DNA from: Candidatus Multivorans sp.
GTDB taxonomy: Bacteria; Acidobacteriota; Thermoanaerobaculia; Multivoradales; Multivoraceae
Assembly (NCBI GenBank): GCA_965224025.1
Contig: OZ245033.1
Coordinates: 2,080,001 to 2,144,000 of the forward strand
Direction: 5' to 3'
DNA length: 64,000 nucleotides
This document shows, piece by piece, positions 39,461 to 49,189 of this stretch (position 1 is the first letter of the stretch; every line of letters starts with the position of its first letter). The translations under genes were made by a program, and so were the position numbers. The notes beneath the pieces are model-generated. The model saw nothing but the letters and a program-made list of their open reading frames with translations, searched no databases and had not been told where the DNA came from.

Positions 39461-41850
39461 AGCGTTTCGCTCTGGCCGCCAGTGATGTCGAAGAAGGAGC
39501 CGACGCTCTTGAGCGTGACCAGCAGCCGGTACTGTGTGTCCTGGCGCAGGGTGGTGCGGAAGTTGGCGACCTCCAGGCGGAGGCCGAAGCAGCAGGCCTG
39601 GTAGTCGATTACGTGGCGCTGCATCTGCAGGACGCTCTGCTCGATGTCGTAGCTCACCATGCTGTTCAGGCGGAGCTTGCTGGGGATCACTTCCAGTCCG
39701 GCCGAGACCTGTACGTGGTGGCGGCGCGTCCTGTCCAGTTCGGGATTGCGGCGCACCGCCCAGCGAAGACCGAGCGAACTCGTGTCGCCGACACCCAGGG
39801 TCGCCGAAATACCGGTCGAAGAGAACTGGGAGAACAGGGTGTCGTAGAGCGCGTCGAAGCGGATGCCGGTGCGCCGCGACGGATTGAACCGCACCAGGGC
39901 GCCGACCGGACCGTTCTGGCTGGTGACGGAGCGGTCCAGCGAGCGCAGCAACGGCTTCTCGCTGTCGAGCGACAGGTTCCGAAAGAACTCGACCGAGAGG
40001 ATCTCGAAGGCGCCGCCCTGTTCGGGATCGGCCGGCTTGGCGAGCAGACGGTTGAACAGGCTGAAGCGGGCGACATTGCTCCCGCGCAGGTTGTCGATCT
40101 CGTCGAACAGTGGGATTCGGAGACGATCGTCGAAGCCGTCGAAGTAGGCGTAGATGACGCGGGGCTCGATCACGTGCTTCATCCGCGAGAAGCGCCCGCC
40201 CTCCCCGAGATCGAAGATGCGTGAGAACCCGGGGCCGACGATCTCGGCGCGAGCGGTGGGTACCAGCCGCATCAGGTCCTCGCCTCGGAAGTCCGTGTCG
40301 CTCATCGCGGCCCTTCGTTCCTGGGCGGTCATCAGGCTGTCGCCGTACCAGGTCAGGTGACCGCCGGCGGTGAGCGACACGGACAGCCAGGTCGCCAGCG
40401 GTATGGGAACGCTGATCTCCGGCTCCAGATTGGCGCGCGCGTAGCGGCCCGTGCGTCGCGCCGAGCGGTTGGTGTCGAGATAGTGCAGCGAGCTCTTCAA
40501 CTTCACGTAGAGGGGCGAGTTGCCCAGCCGGGTGGAACGCAGCTTGTACTCGATCTCGGGCAGTTGGCGCAGTTGGATCTCGCGCTCAGCCGAGATGAAC
40601 GTCTTGCGTTGGTCGAGCTGGACATTGAGCGACTGGTTGCCCCAGTTCCCGCTGATGAAGGCGGTCGAGTAGAGCTGGCGCCGGCTGTTGCGGTCGACTC
40701 GGCGTTCGAAGTCGCGGAAGAAGTCGAAGTCGGATACGTCCTCGAAGCGCACGACGCCGCGGAATCCGCCGGGCAGTTGCTGCGACCGGTGGTTCCAGCG
40801 CATCCGCCAACGCTTCTCGCCCCGCTCCGTGTCGTCGATGAGGTAGCCGTCGAAGATGCCTTCGGTCCCCTCGCTGGGCCGGTAGCGGAACTCGGTTCCC
40901 GCGCCCCAGAAGGACCTTTCGGAGAACGAGTTCTCGGCGCCGGCCGGGGCGCCCTCGTAGAGGTCGACGTTGAAGGTGGCGTCGTAGCTCCTGTTGATGG
41001 CCCAGAAGTAGGCGATGCCGAGAGAAGGACCGCGGCGTGTGGAGAATCCGGGCTTCGGCATCAGGAAGCCGCTGACGCGGGATCTCTTTACAGGCCACAG
41101 CATGTAGGGCAGGTAGACGAGCGGCGCGTTCTTGGCGCGGAACGACACGCCGCGGGTCTTGGCGTAGCCGTTCGCGTTCACGTCGACCTTCCTGGCGCGG
41201 AAGCTCCAGTCCGGTACCTTGCCGTCCTCAGCCTCGCAGGCGGTGAACTGGGCGTCGAGGATCGTGAAGCGCTCGTCGCTGAGCTTGTGCACCGCGGCGC
41301 CGGTGAAGAAGTAGTCGGCGCCGAGGTTGCCCTCGACCTCGAAGATCGAGGCCGTTTCCGTCGCCAGATCGAGTTCGAGGCGAGACCCCCGGAGGACTTC
41401 GTTGCCGCGGATGAGAACGATCGACCCCTCGGCCCGGATCTGTTCGGTTTCCTGGTCGTAGAACAGCTCGTCGCCCCAAGCCCGGTAGTCGCGAAAACGG
41501 ACCGAGAACCCGCCCGACAGCGCATGTTCTCCCGGTTCTCCGATCGGGCCCTGCATGGAGCCGGCCCAGCCGGCGAGTTGCCCGCCCCCGGCCTCGTCTT
41601 CGATACCGAAGGAGAATGTGTTGGCACCGGCGGGTTGCGGTGGACCGGGGTCGGGTGGCTCTTCCGGAGTGGCCGTTTCGGCGGTTGATTCGTCGCCCGT
41701 AGCCTCGGCGGACTGATCCCCGTTTGGCTGGTCCTCGGCTGCTTGCTCCTGCTCTGCCGGCGATGTCTGCTCCTGAGCCGAGGCTGGGGCGATCAGATAA
41801 AAACCCAGCGCCAATGCGACGGTCAGGCGAGGGAAGTCATAGGTCGCCAT
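39457..41850 (-). CDS. lptD: LPS assembly protein LptD
   Basis: Signal peptide, FTAC, RVSGFLMP, YFWAINRSYD, KHVIEP, CCFG; 797 aa beta-barrel pattern. Confidence 0.85.
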   Translation of the reverse strand: MATYDFPRLTVALALGFYLIAPASAQEQTSPAEQEQAAEDQPNGDQSAEATGDESTAETATPEEPPDPGPPQPAGANTFSFGIEDEAGGGQLAGWAGSMQGPIGEPGEHALSGGFSVRFRDYRAWGDELFYDQETEQIRAEGSIVLIRGNEVLRGSRLELDLATETASIFEVEGNLGADYFFTGAAVHKLSDERFTILDAQFTACEAEDGKVPDWSFRARKVDVNANGYAKTRGVSFRAKNAPLVYLPYMLWPVKRSRVSGFLMPKPGFSTRRGPSLGIAYFWAINRSYDATFNVDLYEGAPAGAENSFSERSFWGAGTEFRYRPSEGTEGIFDGYLIDDTERGEKRWRMRWNHRSQQLPGGFRGVVRFEDVSDFDFFRDFERRVDRNSRRQLYSTAFISGNWGNQSLNVQLDQRKTFISAEREIQLRQLPEIEYKLRSTRLGNSPLYVKLKSSLHYLDTNRSARRTGRYARANLEPEISVPIPLATWLSVSLTAGGHLTWYGDSLMTAQERRAAMSDTDFRGEDLMRLVPTARAEIVGPGFSRIFDLGEGGRFSRMKHVIEPRVIYAYFDGFDDRLRIPLFDEIDNLRGSNVARFSLFNRLLAKPADPEQGGAFEILSVEFFRNLSLDSEKPLLRSLDRSVTSQNGPVGALVRFNPSRRTGIRFDALYDTLFSQFSSTGISATLGVGDTSSLGLRWAVRRNPELDRTRRHHVQVSAGLEVIPSKLRLNSMVSYDIEQSVLQMQRHVIDYQACCFGLRLEVANFRTTLRQDTQYRLLVTLKSVGSFFDITGGQSETL

Positions 41851-42070
41851 TGAGGCCCAGTTCGGCGAAGGCTTCGGTCAGGGGCCGCGCAGGCTGGTGG
41901 CGGATCCGCTTCAGGTGGTCGATGTCCTCGAGTTCTTCCAGTCGGTCGATCAGGGCCTCCTGGATGAAGTGGTTCATCACGATCTCATTTGAACGGCAGT
42001 AGCGCTCAACGGCGCGCTTGAGAACGGGGTCGATGCGGACACTGATCTGGGCCGCCTCCATGCCGGACAT
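41837..42070 (-). CDS. Small RHH/RelB-like antitoxin, no cognate toxin
   Basis: QISVRIDPVLKRAVERYC..FIQEALIDRLEELEDI; about 75 aa; overlaps lptD start by 14 nt. Confidence 0.7.
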   Translation of the reverse strand: MSGMEAAQISVRIDPVLKRAVERYCRSNEIVMNHFIQEALIDRLEELEDIDHLKRIRHQPARPLTEAFAELGLNGDL

Positions 42071-42162
42071 GCTAGCAATCGCTATGCCGGCGGGCCATGC
42101 CGGTAGGAGGTGGGCCCGTGCAGTTGACAGGCGTTGGCGGCCCGCTTCAAAGTGGCGGTGCT

Positions 42163-42576
42163 GTGCGTTTTCTCGGCATCGACTTGGGCCAGAAGCGGGT
42201 CGGTGTGGCGACCGGGGATTCCCAGGTGGGGATCGCGGTGCCGCACTCGACGCTGCGGCGCACCAGCGACCGGCAGTTGATCGCGGCACTCAAGGCGTTG
42301 GCCGTCGAGTCGGGCGCGGATGTGCTGGTGGTTGGCGAACCCCGGCGTCTGGACGGTTCCGTCGGCCCGGCGGCGGAGCGGGCGCGTGTCTTCGCGCGCA
42401 AGCTGGGGAAGGCATGCGAACTGCCGGTGCGGACGGTGAACGAGGCGCTGACTTCGGTCGAGGCGGAGCGCCGGCTCCGAGCGGCCGGAGTCGACCTACG
42501 CAAGCATCCGGAACGGGTCGATGCCGCGGCCGCCCAGATCCTCCTGCAGGAAGCGCTGGACCGGGAGGCCGGATGA
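42163..42576 (+). CDS. ruvX: YqgF/RuvX nuclease
   Basis: LGIDLGQKRVGVA, VVGEP, NEALTS, VDAAAAQILLQ. Confidence 0.93.
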   Translation: MRFLGIDLGQKRVGVATGDSQVGIAVPHSTLRRTSDRQLIAALKALAVESGADVLVVGEPRRLDGSVGPAAERARVFARKLGKACELPVRTVNEALTSVEAERRLRAAGVDLRKHPERVDAAAAQILLQEALDREAG

Positions 42577-43640
42577 CGTCCGGCCCCCCGCGGCGACGCC
42601 GGCGTCTGCTCTTGTGGTCGGTTGCGGCCGCCGTCGCGGCGTTGATCGCGCTGGCCGCGGGCGCGGCCGGCCTGGTCGCATGGGCGGAACGGGAGCTTGA
42701 GCGGCCGCGGGGTTCGGACACCGTGGACGTTGTGATCGAGCGCGGCGCCCCCCTGGCCTCGATCCTCGACCGGTTGTCGGCGGCCGACGTGATCGGCGAT
42801 CCGCTGCTGGCGCGCCTGTACCTCGACTACCGGCGGCCGGGGGAGGCGCTGCAGGCGGGCGAGTACCGCTTCGAGCAACCGATGAGCACGGTCGACGCCC
42901 TCGACCGGGTGATCCGCGGCGAGGTCGTGACCTATCCGGTCACGGTGGTCGAGGGCCTGACCCTTCACGAGACGGCCGAACGGTTGGCGTCCGAGGGTTT
43001 CGGCGACCTCGACGCGTTTGTTGCGGCGATGTCCTCGCCGGCGCTGATCGCGGACCTCGACCCGGCCGCGGAGTCGCTCGAGGGCTACCTCTTCCCCGAC
43101 ACCTACGCCTTTCCCGCCGGCGTTGATGAACGGGAGATCGTCGAAGCGATGGTTCGCAATTTCCGCCGGCGGGTAGAGGAGCATCTCGGCGCGGCGTCTC
43201 AGAACGACCTCGACATCCGTTCCCTGGTCACCCTGGCGAGCATTGTCGAGAAGGAGGCGGGCGCTACCTCCGAGCGGCCCCTGGTGGCCGCCGTGTTCCA
43301 CAACCGCCTCGCCCGCGGCATCGGCCTCTACGCCGACCCGACGATCATCTACGCCCTGAAGATGGCCGGCGCCTGGGACGGCAACCTGCGCCGTGACGAC
43401 CTCGAACTCGATTCGCCCTACAACACGTACGTCCACCCCGGCCTGCCGCCGGGTCCGATCTGCTCCCCGGGCGAACACAGCCTGCGCGCCGCGGCTCTGC
43501 CCGCCGACGTCCCCTACCTCTACTTCGTCAGCCGCAACGACGGCACCCACGTCTTCGCCGAGACCCTCGCCGAGCACAACCGGAACGTTGCGAGGTGGCA
43601 GGTCCGCTACTGGCGCGAGCGGCGGGCGGCGGACCGCTAA
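42573..43640 (+). CDS. mltG: Endolytic transglycosylase MltG
   Basis: LEGYLFPDTY, LASIVEKE, DPTIIY, SPYNTY..GLPPGPI, YLYFV. Confidence 0.96.
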   Translation: MTSGPPRRRRRLLLWSVAAAVAALIALAAGAAGLVAWAERELERPRGSDTVDVVIERGAPLASILDRLSAADVIGDPLLARLYLDYRRPGEALQAGEYRFEQPMSTVDALDRVIRGEVVTYPVTVVEGLTLHETAERLASEGFGDLDAFVAAMSSPALIADLDPAAESLEGYLFPDTYAFPAGVDEREIVEAMVRNFRRRVEEHLGAASQNDLDIRSLVTLASIVEKEAGATSERPLVAAVFHNRLARGIGLYADPTIIYALKMAGAWDGNLRRDDLELDSPYNTYVHPGLPPGPICSPGEHSLRAAALPADVPYLYFVSRNDGTHVFAETLAEHNRNVARWQVRYWRERRAADR

Positions 43641-43745
43641 CGGCTGCGTGCTCCGCCACTGGGTGCGCCGCCACTGGGGTGTTTCGCCACTGGATGCGCC
43701 GGCCTGCCATCCGTGCGCCCGATGACGGGCGCACGGACTGGTTCA

Positions 43746-43775
43746 CGGGTGGCGCGGATCGCGCCACCCGGGTTC
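43746..43775. repeat. REP-like palindrome, copy B
   Basis: CGGGTGGCGCGGATCGCGCCACCCGGGTTC, matching 9776-9806. Confidence 0.7.
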
Positions 43776-44019
43776 TGGCCGGCATCCGACGAAAGCCCGC
43801 CTGACTGCTTCGGTAGGGAACCTATCCATGCCGGGCGGCGTCTCAGCCAGCTCTCGAACGGAGCGCCACCATGTCGATGTCGAGCCCGAGTCGGTGTATC
43901 TCAACCAGTGAGGAATCCGGGTGTCGATCAAGGCCGTGCCCGGCGCCTGTCGCGCGCCGTTCGTCGAACACGACGAGGGTGCAAGCCGCCCTGGATGGCC
44001 CGCCGGCTGGCGGAAGCAG

Positions 44020-44229
44020 TCACTCCTTGGTGTCGTCAGGCGCTGTGTGCGCTTCCTGCCTCTCGGGCTCGATACGCTTTGCGGGATAGCTCACGTAGAT
44101 GCGCCCCGAGGTTCGCTGGACCTCCCTCAGGTGCTTGAAGAGACCTTCGACCGTGCCCCCGTGCTTCGCGAATAGGCTTGCCCGCACGGCCCGGACCTCT
44201 TCCACGATGGGGTCCTTGTAGGAAGTCAT
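44020..44229 (-). CDS. Small protein coupled to PIN gene, putative antitoxin
   Basis: MTSYKDPIVEEVRAVR.., 69 aa; ATGA overlap with the PIN gene stop. Confidence 0.7.
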   Translation of the reverse strand: MTSYKDPIVEEVRAVRASLFAKHGGTVEGLFKHLREVQRTSGRIYVSYPAKRIEPERQEAHTAPDDTKE

Positions 44230-44723
44230 TCCTCGATCTCCAGGAGTTGTTCGGGTGTGCAGATCGCCGTTAGGCGGTAGCCCGCGCCGCGGCAGGCCCG
44301 CTCGATCGCGGCGCGGACAGGCGCGTTCGCCATGTGGCGCAGATTCCATGTTACCAAGAAGTCAACGCCGTTGGTCACCGCCGTCGCGACATGCGCGGCG
44401 TCGCCGCCGGCTGCACGTGGTAGGGCGCCTGAGGCAAGGAGTTCTTCGGCCAGCGCCTCGGATTCCGGCGTCGCGTTGATGATCTCCACGCCTTCAAGCG
44501 CCGCCAGACGGGCACGCGCCGCGGATGGATTGCCACCGCCAGCCTCCTCAATCACCAGGTCCGAAGCAACGAGATCGAACCGGCTGCCGGCAGACAGCCA
44601 CCACTCTCGCGTGATCTGCTGGTGCGCCGCCGTCACGATGTCGCGCGACGGCTTCGCGGTCAGATAGCTGACGACCGTCGTGTCGACGTAGACCCTGGGC
44701 TTCACGATGGAGTGTGGAGGCAT
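44226..44723 (-). CDS. PIN-domain (VapC-like) toxin
   Basis: VYVDTTVVSYL, DAAHVA, DFLVTWNLRH, ICTPEQL. Confidence 0.88.
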   Translation of the reverse strand: MPPHSIVKPRVYVDTTVVSYLTAKPSRDIVTAAHQQITREWWLSAGSRFDLVASDLVIEEAGGGNPSAARARLAALEGVEIINATPESEALAEELLASGALPRAAGGDAAHVATAVTNGVDFLVTWNLRHMANAPVRAAIERACRGAGYRLTAICTPEQLLEIEE

Positions 44724-44760
44724 ATGGAGTGTGGAGCCATCGCGCCCGCTTACTCGATGA

Positions 44761-44985
44761 CTACGCGGACCCGGTTTGCATCAGATGGGACTTGCCGCTG
44801 CCGCAGTTGCCGACGATGAGCAGGCCCTTGTGTTTGGCCGGCTGTTCGATCTGGAGTTGAGGGAACACGAGCCCGGTCAGTTGCTCCGCCATGCGCTCGG
44901 AGATCACGAACGTCTCCACGAGGTGTCTTGCGTCGTCGGCCTTGTCGGCCTTCCGGAGCTGGATGACCGACTCGATGGGCTCGAA
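44761..44985 (-). pseudogene. N-terminal fragment of BREX type 3 ATPase (BrxC/DUF6079)
   Basis: Manual minus-strand translation [51 protein letters not shown] then stop. Confidence 0.75.
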
Positions 44986-45271
44986 TTCGGTGTTGTCGGG
45001 AAGCAGGACATCGCCGCCGCGGACGTCGACCAGTCGTGCAGGAGAACCTGGGGGCGTTCACTGGTCGTCTGCTCGGCGGAAGCCCCAGCAGTCGCTCCGA
45101 GAGGGAGAGGCTGACGTTGATGAGCGGCCAGTCATGCCCGTCGGCCAGCGACCGCAGCGCTTGGGTCTTCCCGCTACGTGAAGGTCCAACCACGAGCACG
45201 AGCCGATGATAGAGGCTGCCGAGCGATGGGATGCTTGCTGCGATGTGGTGGGGCAGAGGGTCCATGGTCAC
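44986..45271 (-). pseudogene. brxF: Truncated, frameshifted BREX-3 P-loop protein BrxF
   Basis: LYHRLVLVVGPSRSGKT..PLINVSLSLSERLL, then DVLLPDNTE in another frame. Confidence 0.75.
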
Positions 45272-47960
45272 GCGTCGAACGCTATTCCCGGCGACTGTAG
45301 CCGGTTCGCCACCTCATCGTTCCGATCCCAGCGCTTCGCCTCGTCCTCGTATGATCGGGCTATCCCCTCGAGGATGCGGCGCACGCGCGGATACTCGATC
45401 ATGTCGGCCGCTAGCTCTCGATACGTCGTCGCCATGGCCCGCTCCTGTTCGCCGCCTGGCGCGGACCTCACGGTTACTCCGCGGGCGTTGTAAGCGCCTA
45501 TACCGAACCCCCTGTCCACAGTGTCCGAGGCGACCCACTCGATGACTTCGGCCACCTCGTTACTCGGGCGGGCGACGCCGTCCTTGGTGGAGCCGCTTGG
45601 CTGGGGTTCGCCTTCGTGCTTGACGATCGCCCGAAGAAGACGAAGGATTCGCTGTGTCCCGATATCCGGCACCCTGTGCCTCACCGCGCTGAAAGCGACC
45701 GCCGGTCTCTCGGCCTCGATCAGCCTGTCGATCAACGCTCTTAGCTCGTCGGGGCTGTCCGCGTGGCGGCTTGGCTCCACTTGCTGCCAGTAGGACTTGC
45801 CGAGTTGCTCGTCCTCCCCGTCGAGCAGACGCCACGTCTCGCTCCGAAACGGCATAGCGAGAAGCAGTTCCAGCCGCGTCGAGTCGTCACCGGCGTCTCG
45901 CTGACGCTGAACAAGCTCTTTGCACGTTCCGGGATCAGCGGTCGACAGAAGTCCTGTCAAGCACTCCAGGTAGGGCTTGCCGGTCGTGTCTCGGTCTGCC
46001 AGCAGATGGCCAGAGAGGTCTTCGACGTCCGTGACGTCGAGAAAGGAGCCGAGGAGGTAACCGACCCGATGTGGAGCCTCACAAGTGGCCGCGAGACGAA
46101 GCAGCCCGGCCAACCCTTGGTCGTTGAGGATCTCGCGCAGACCGGCGATGCGGAGGCTTCGGATGCGGCTGTCCAGATCGCTGTAGTCGAGATCTCCGGT
46201 GGTCTGCCCGATTTCGGGCTCCCTTGAAGCGAACAGCCAGCGGTTGCGGGCCACGACGTCAGTCGGAATCAGTCGCTTGAGAGCGCCTCGCGAGCGCTCG
46301 TCGTCGAGCGCCGGGTAGTGCTTGCGTATCCGGTCTTGCAGGAAGACCTTTGCATCATCCGACGCATTCACGGTCCAATCGTCGATCAGGTCCCAGATCC
46401 TCGTCTGGGCACTTGCTGGGAACGCCTCAAAGTGGTCCACCAGGTCGCCCAGCGTCTTCTCGTCCTGCGGCGTCCAGTTCAGAAGCACCTCGCGGGCGGT
46501 GGTGACGGCCACAGAGACGTCGCGCCGGAGCGCTGCCTCCCCTGCTGAGGACTTGTCGCCTCGCCATTTCGGCGCAGGATTCGGCACCAACCAATCGTGG
46601 CGGCTCGGCAGCAGCCCAAGGTAAATTCGCCAGCTCACGCAGGGCCACTTCTTGGCGATGTGCTTGATGGTCCCGAGCCGTTCGTCAAGCGGCGCCGCCG
46701 TCTGCGGCATCCACGCTCGGAAAAGAGAGAAGAGGGAACGAATGGGAGTGTTCATCTGGCGGTCGGAGATTCTCTGCTCGGACAACTGAGCAAGGACGCT
46801 GGCGACCCGGGTGAGCCTGTTCGGAAACCAAGCGAGACGCTCAAGCGCCCACAGCAGGTCGGTTCGGGGGCAGTCCTGCCAGATCCCGTCGCGGCCAATG
46901 GGCTTGAGGAACTTGAAGGCCGCGGAGCGGCCGGGATCTTCCTCCAGCAGATCGAGAACCGTATCGGGCGCCGCTTCCGCGTATCCCGAAAGGTCCGCCC
47001 TGTGGGACAGAAGCGTCTCCAGCGACAGTGGTGCAAGGAGGCTTTGCACAAGCAGATCCACTCTTCGTTCGCTGTCGCCGCCCTGGCGGTTGTCGAACAA
47101 GCGCTCGCCGTACTCGGCCAGGAGGATCAGGGTGTCTCTGACACCGTTCCGAAAAGCCGTTGAGTGCTTCCGCACCTTGTTGTACACCGCGGCCATCCAG
47201 CGGTCCTCGGGGGGTAGATCGAGTGCGGGGTCTCGCTCGGAGAGGACGCGCTCGGCAACGGCGAAGAAGTCGTCGAGGTCCTTCGGTGTCACGGCCGGAG
47301 CAACTGAGAAGAGGGCGTCGATCCGGGAGCACACGCCACGGTACTGGCCGATCGACCAGACGGGTGCATCGTCCAGATTCTGCAGTCGGGCGACTGCCTT
47401 TTCGACATGCTCGTACTCGGTTCCCGCGACGCGGGCGACTGCCTCCCGGTCTGCTTTGCACCCTCCGGTACCCAGGCGGTTGAAGCGGCCGCTTCGACTC
47501 GGCCGTCCCAGCCTTTCCGTTCCGCCTGGTCGTGGCCCGGGAAGTCGACCCGCTTGACTCCCCTTGCAGTCGAGTGAACGAGTCTTCTGAGAAGAACGGG
47601 CAGTTCCTGCCGGGCGCTCAGTTGGTTGGCCCAGCGGTATATCTCGTGCGCCTTGATCGCTGTCACGAAAGGAACTGCCGACGCTTTGGCGGCGGCCGTC
47701 CGATGATGTGCAGGCGTCTTGGAGTCGTCCAGGCGAGCCTGCATCTGCTGGAGGAGCCCGGCGTCAGCGCCGAACTCACGTTCGAGTCCCTGAGCCATCT
47801 TGAGCGAGAGGCTCGACCTGCCGTTCAGGAACCTGGAGAGGGCGGGGCGGCCGATGCCCAACCGCTGGGCGGCTTCGGTGACTGTCAACCCCTCGGGAAG
47901 AACTTCGCGCTGGACGTAGGTTCCAGGGTGTTCAGGCGTTGCTGTGGGTGTCTGAGCCAA
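45268..47960 (-). pseudogene. HigA-HTH-fused large defence-associated protein with internal deletion/frameshift
   Basis: HPG..LTVTEAAQRLGIGRPALSRFLNG HTH; DFPGHDQAERKGWDG..WVPEG; frame changes near 47461 into ADRE..DDAPVWSIGQYRGV; C-terminal NARGVT..GGEQER. Confidence 0.7.
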
Positions 47961-48125
47961 TTGGGGTGTAGCCTCCAGAGTGAGCGGGCGCGGAGCGTGC
48001 CGTGTTGCGCCGACGCTACAAACGCTACACACTCCTTCTGCCTCGCGTCAGCCGGCACAAAGTGTGCATCCACCCGGCTAAGCTCATGCCCACCCTCGAG
48101 CTCGTCCCCGGTCACGAGCCCGGCG

Positions 48126-48560
48126 ATGACTTCGGTCGCTACGACCTCCATGCACCTGCCGACCCTGAACGCGATCCTGAACGCCACCGCGGCGCTGCTG
48201 CTCGTGACCGGCTACGTCCTGATCAGGCGCGGCAACCGGGAGCGGCACAAGCAGGTCATGCTGTCCGCGCTGGGGTGTTCGGCGGCGTTCCTGGTCTCCT
48301 ATCTCTACTACCACTACCAGGTCGGTTCGGTTCACTTTGAGGGCGAGGGCACCGTGCGGACGGTCTATCTCGGAATCCTCCTGACGCACACGGTGCTGGC
48401 CGCGGCGGTGCCGCCGCTGGCGCTGATCACGGTCTTCCGGGGCCTTCGCGGCAGGTATGACCGGCACAAGAAGATCGCCCGCGTCACGCTGCCGATCTGG
48501 CTCTACGTGTCGGTGACCGGGGTCGTCGTGTACTGGATGCTGTACCGGATGTCGTGGTGA
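48126..48560 (+). CDS. DUF420 membrane protein
   Basis: LPTLNAILN, FLVSYLYYH, HKKIARVTLPIWLYVSVTGVVVY; start 48126 or 48150. Confidence 0.9.
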   Translation: MTSVATTSMHLPTLNAILNATAALLLVTGYVLIRRGNRERHKQVMLSALGCSAAFLVSYLYYHYQVGSVHFEGEGTVRTVYLGILLTHTVLAAAVPPLALITVFRGLRGRYDRHKKIARVTLPIWLYVSVTGVVVYWMLYRMSW

Positions 48561-48643
48561 AGCCGGGAGGAATCGGGGCGCGGATCCGCCGGCTGCTTCT
48601 GGTTGCCGCCTGCCTCGTCCCGGCAACGGTGGTCGCTCAGGAC

Positions 48644-48897
48644 GCGGGTTGGCGGCTCTCCGAGTGGATCGCCTTCTACAACGCCGAGCGCCCGCACTCG
48701 GCGCTCGGCGGCGGCACGCCCGTTGAAGCTTATCGCCAAGGCCGTCAGGACCCGCCCGTGAAGGGCAGGACCGCGGCCCAGGACGATCCGCAAAATCCAC
48801 GTTTTCCACAGCCCCGGCGGCGGCGGGCTGCTTGATCAACCATGGAAGTACACCTTAGCCAGGCCGCCATGCTGTCCAACGAACCGGGACCACCTCA
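48644..48897 (+). mobile_element. IS3-family 3' remnant (integrase-core tail and right end)
   Basis: WIAFYNAERPHSALGGGTP; terminus ..CTGTCCAACGAACCGGGACCACCTCA ending in CA. Confidence 0.7.
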
Positions 48898-49189
48898 CTC
48901 CGCCTCCGCAGGAGACGATGGTCTGCAACACGGTATGGAATCCCGAGCTCGGCACTCTTGTTGAGGAATGCACGTACACGTCGCAGTAGTCGTCTGAGCG
49001 GTGTCAGGGCGGTAGAAGGAGACCGATCCCCCTCTAGGTGACGCCGTCCGCGACCGCGAGCTGCTACGCAGGTCGGCAGGCGAAGCGGTTTAGATCGGTA
49101 GCCGTGACCGCGAGTCATGGCCTGTTGGAGGGGTTGGAGGGCAGGAAGGCGGTGAACCGCTCGAGTTTCATTCGGGTTGACACCATGTT

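Noticed and set aside
43654-43694. CGCCACTGG three times at 15-16 bp spacing
   Set aside because: Too short for CRISPR, no unique spacers or cas genes; degenerate minisatellite.
43743-43931. 62-aa minus-strand ORF downstream of the PIN pair
   Set aside because: No recognisable motif and it runs into a REP-like repeat; possibly debris.
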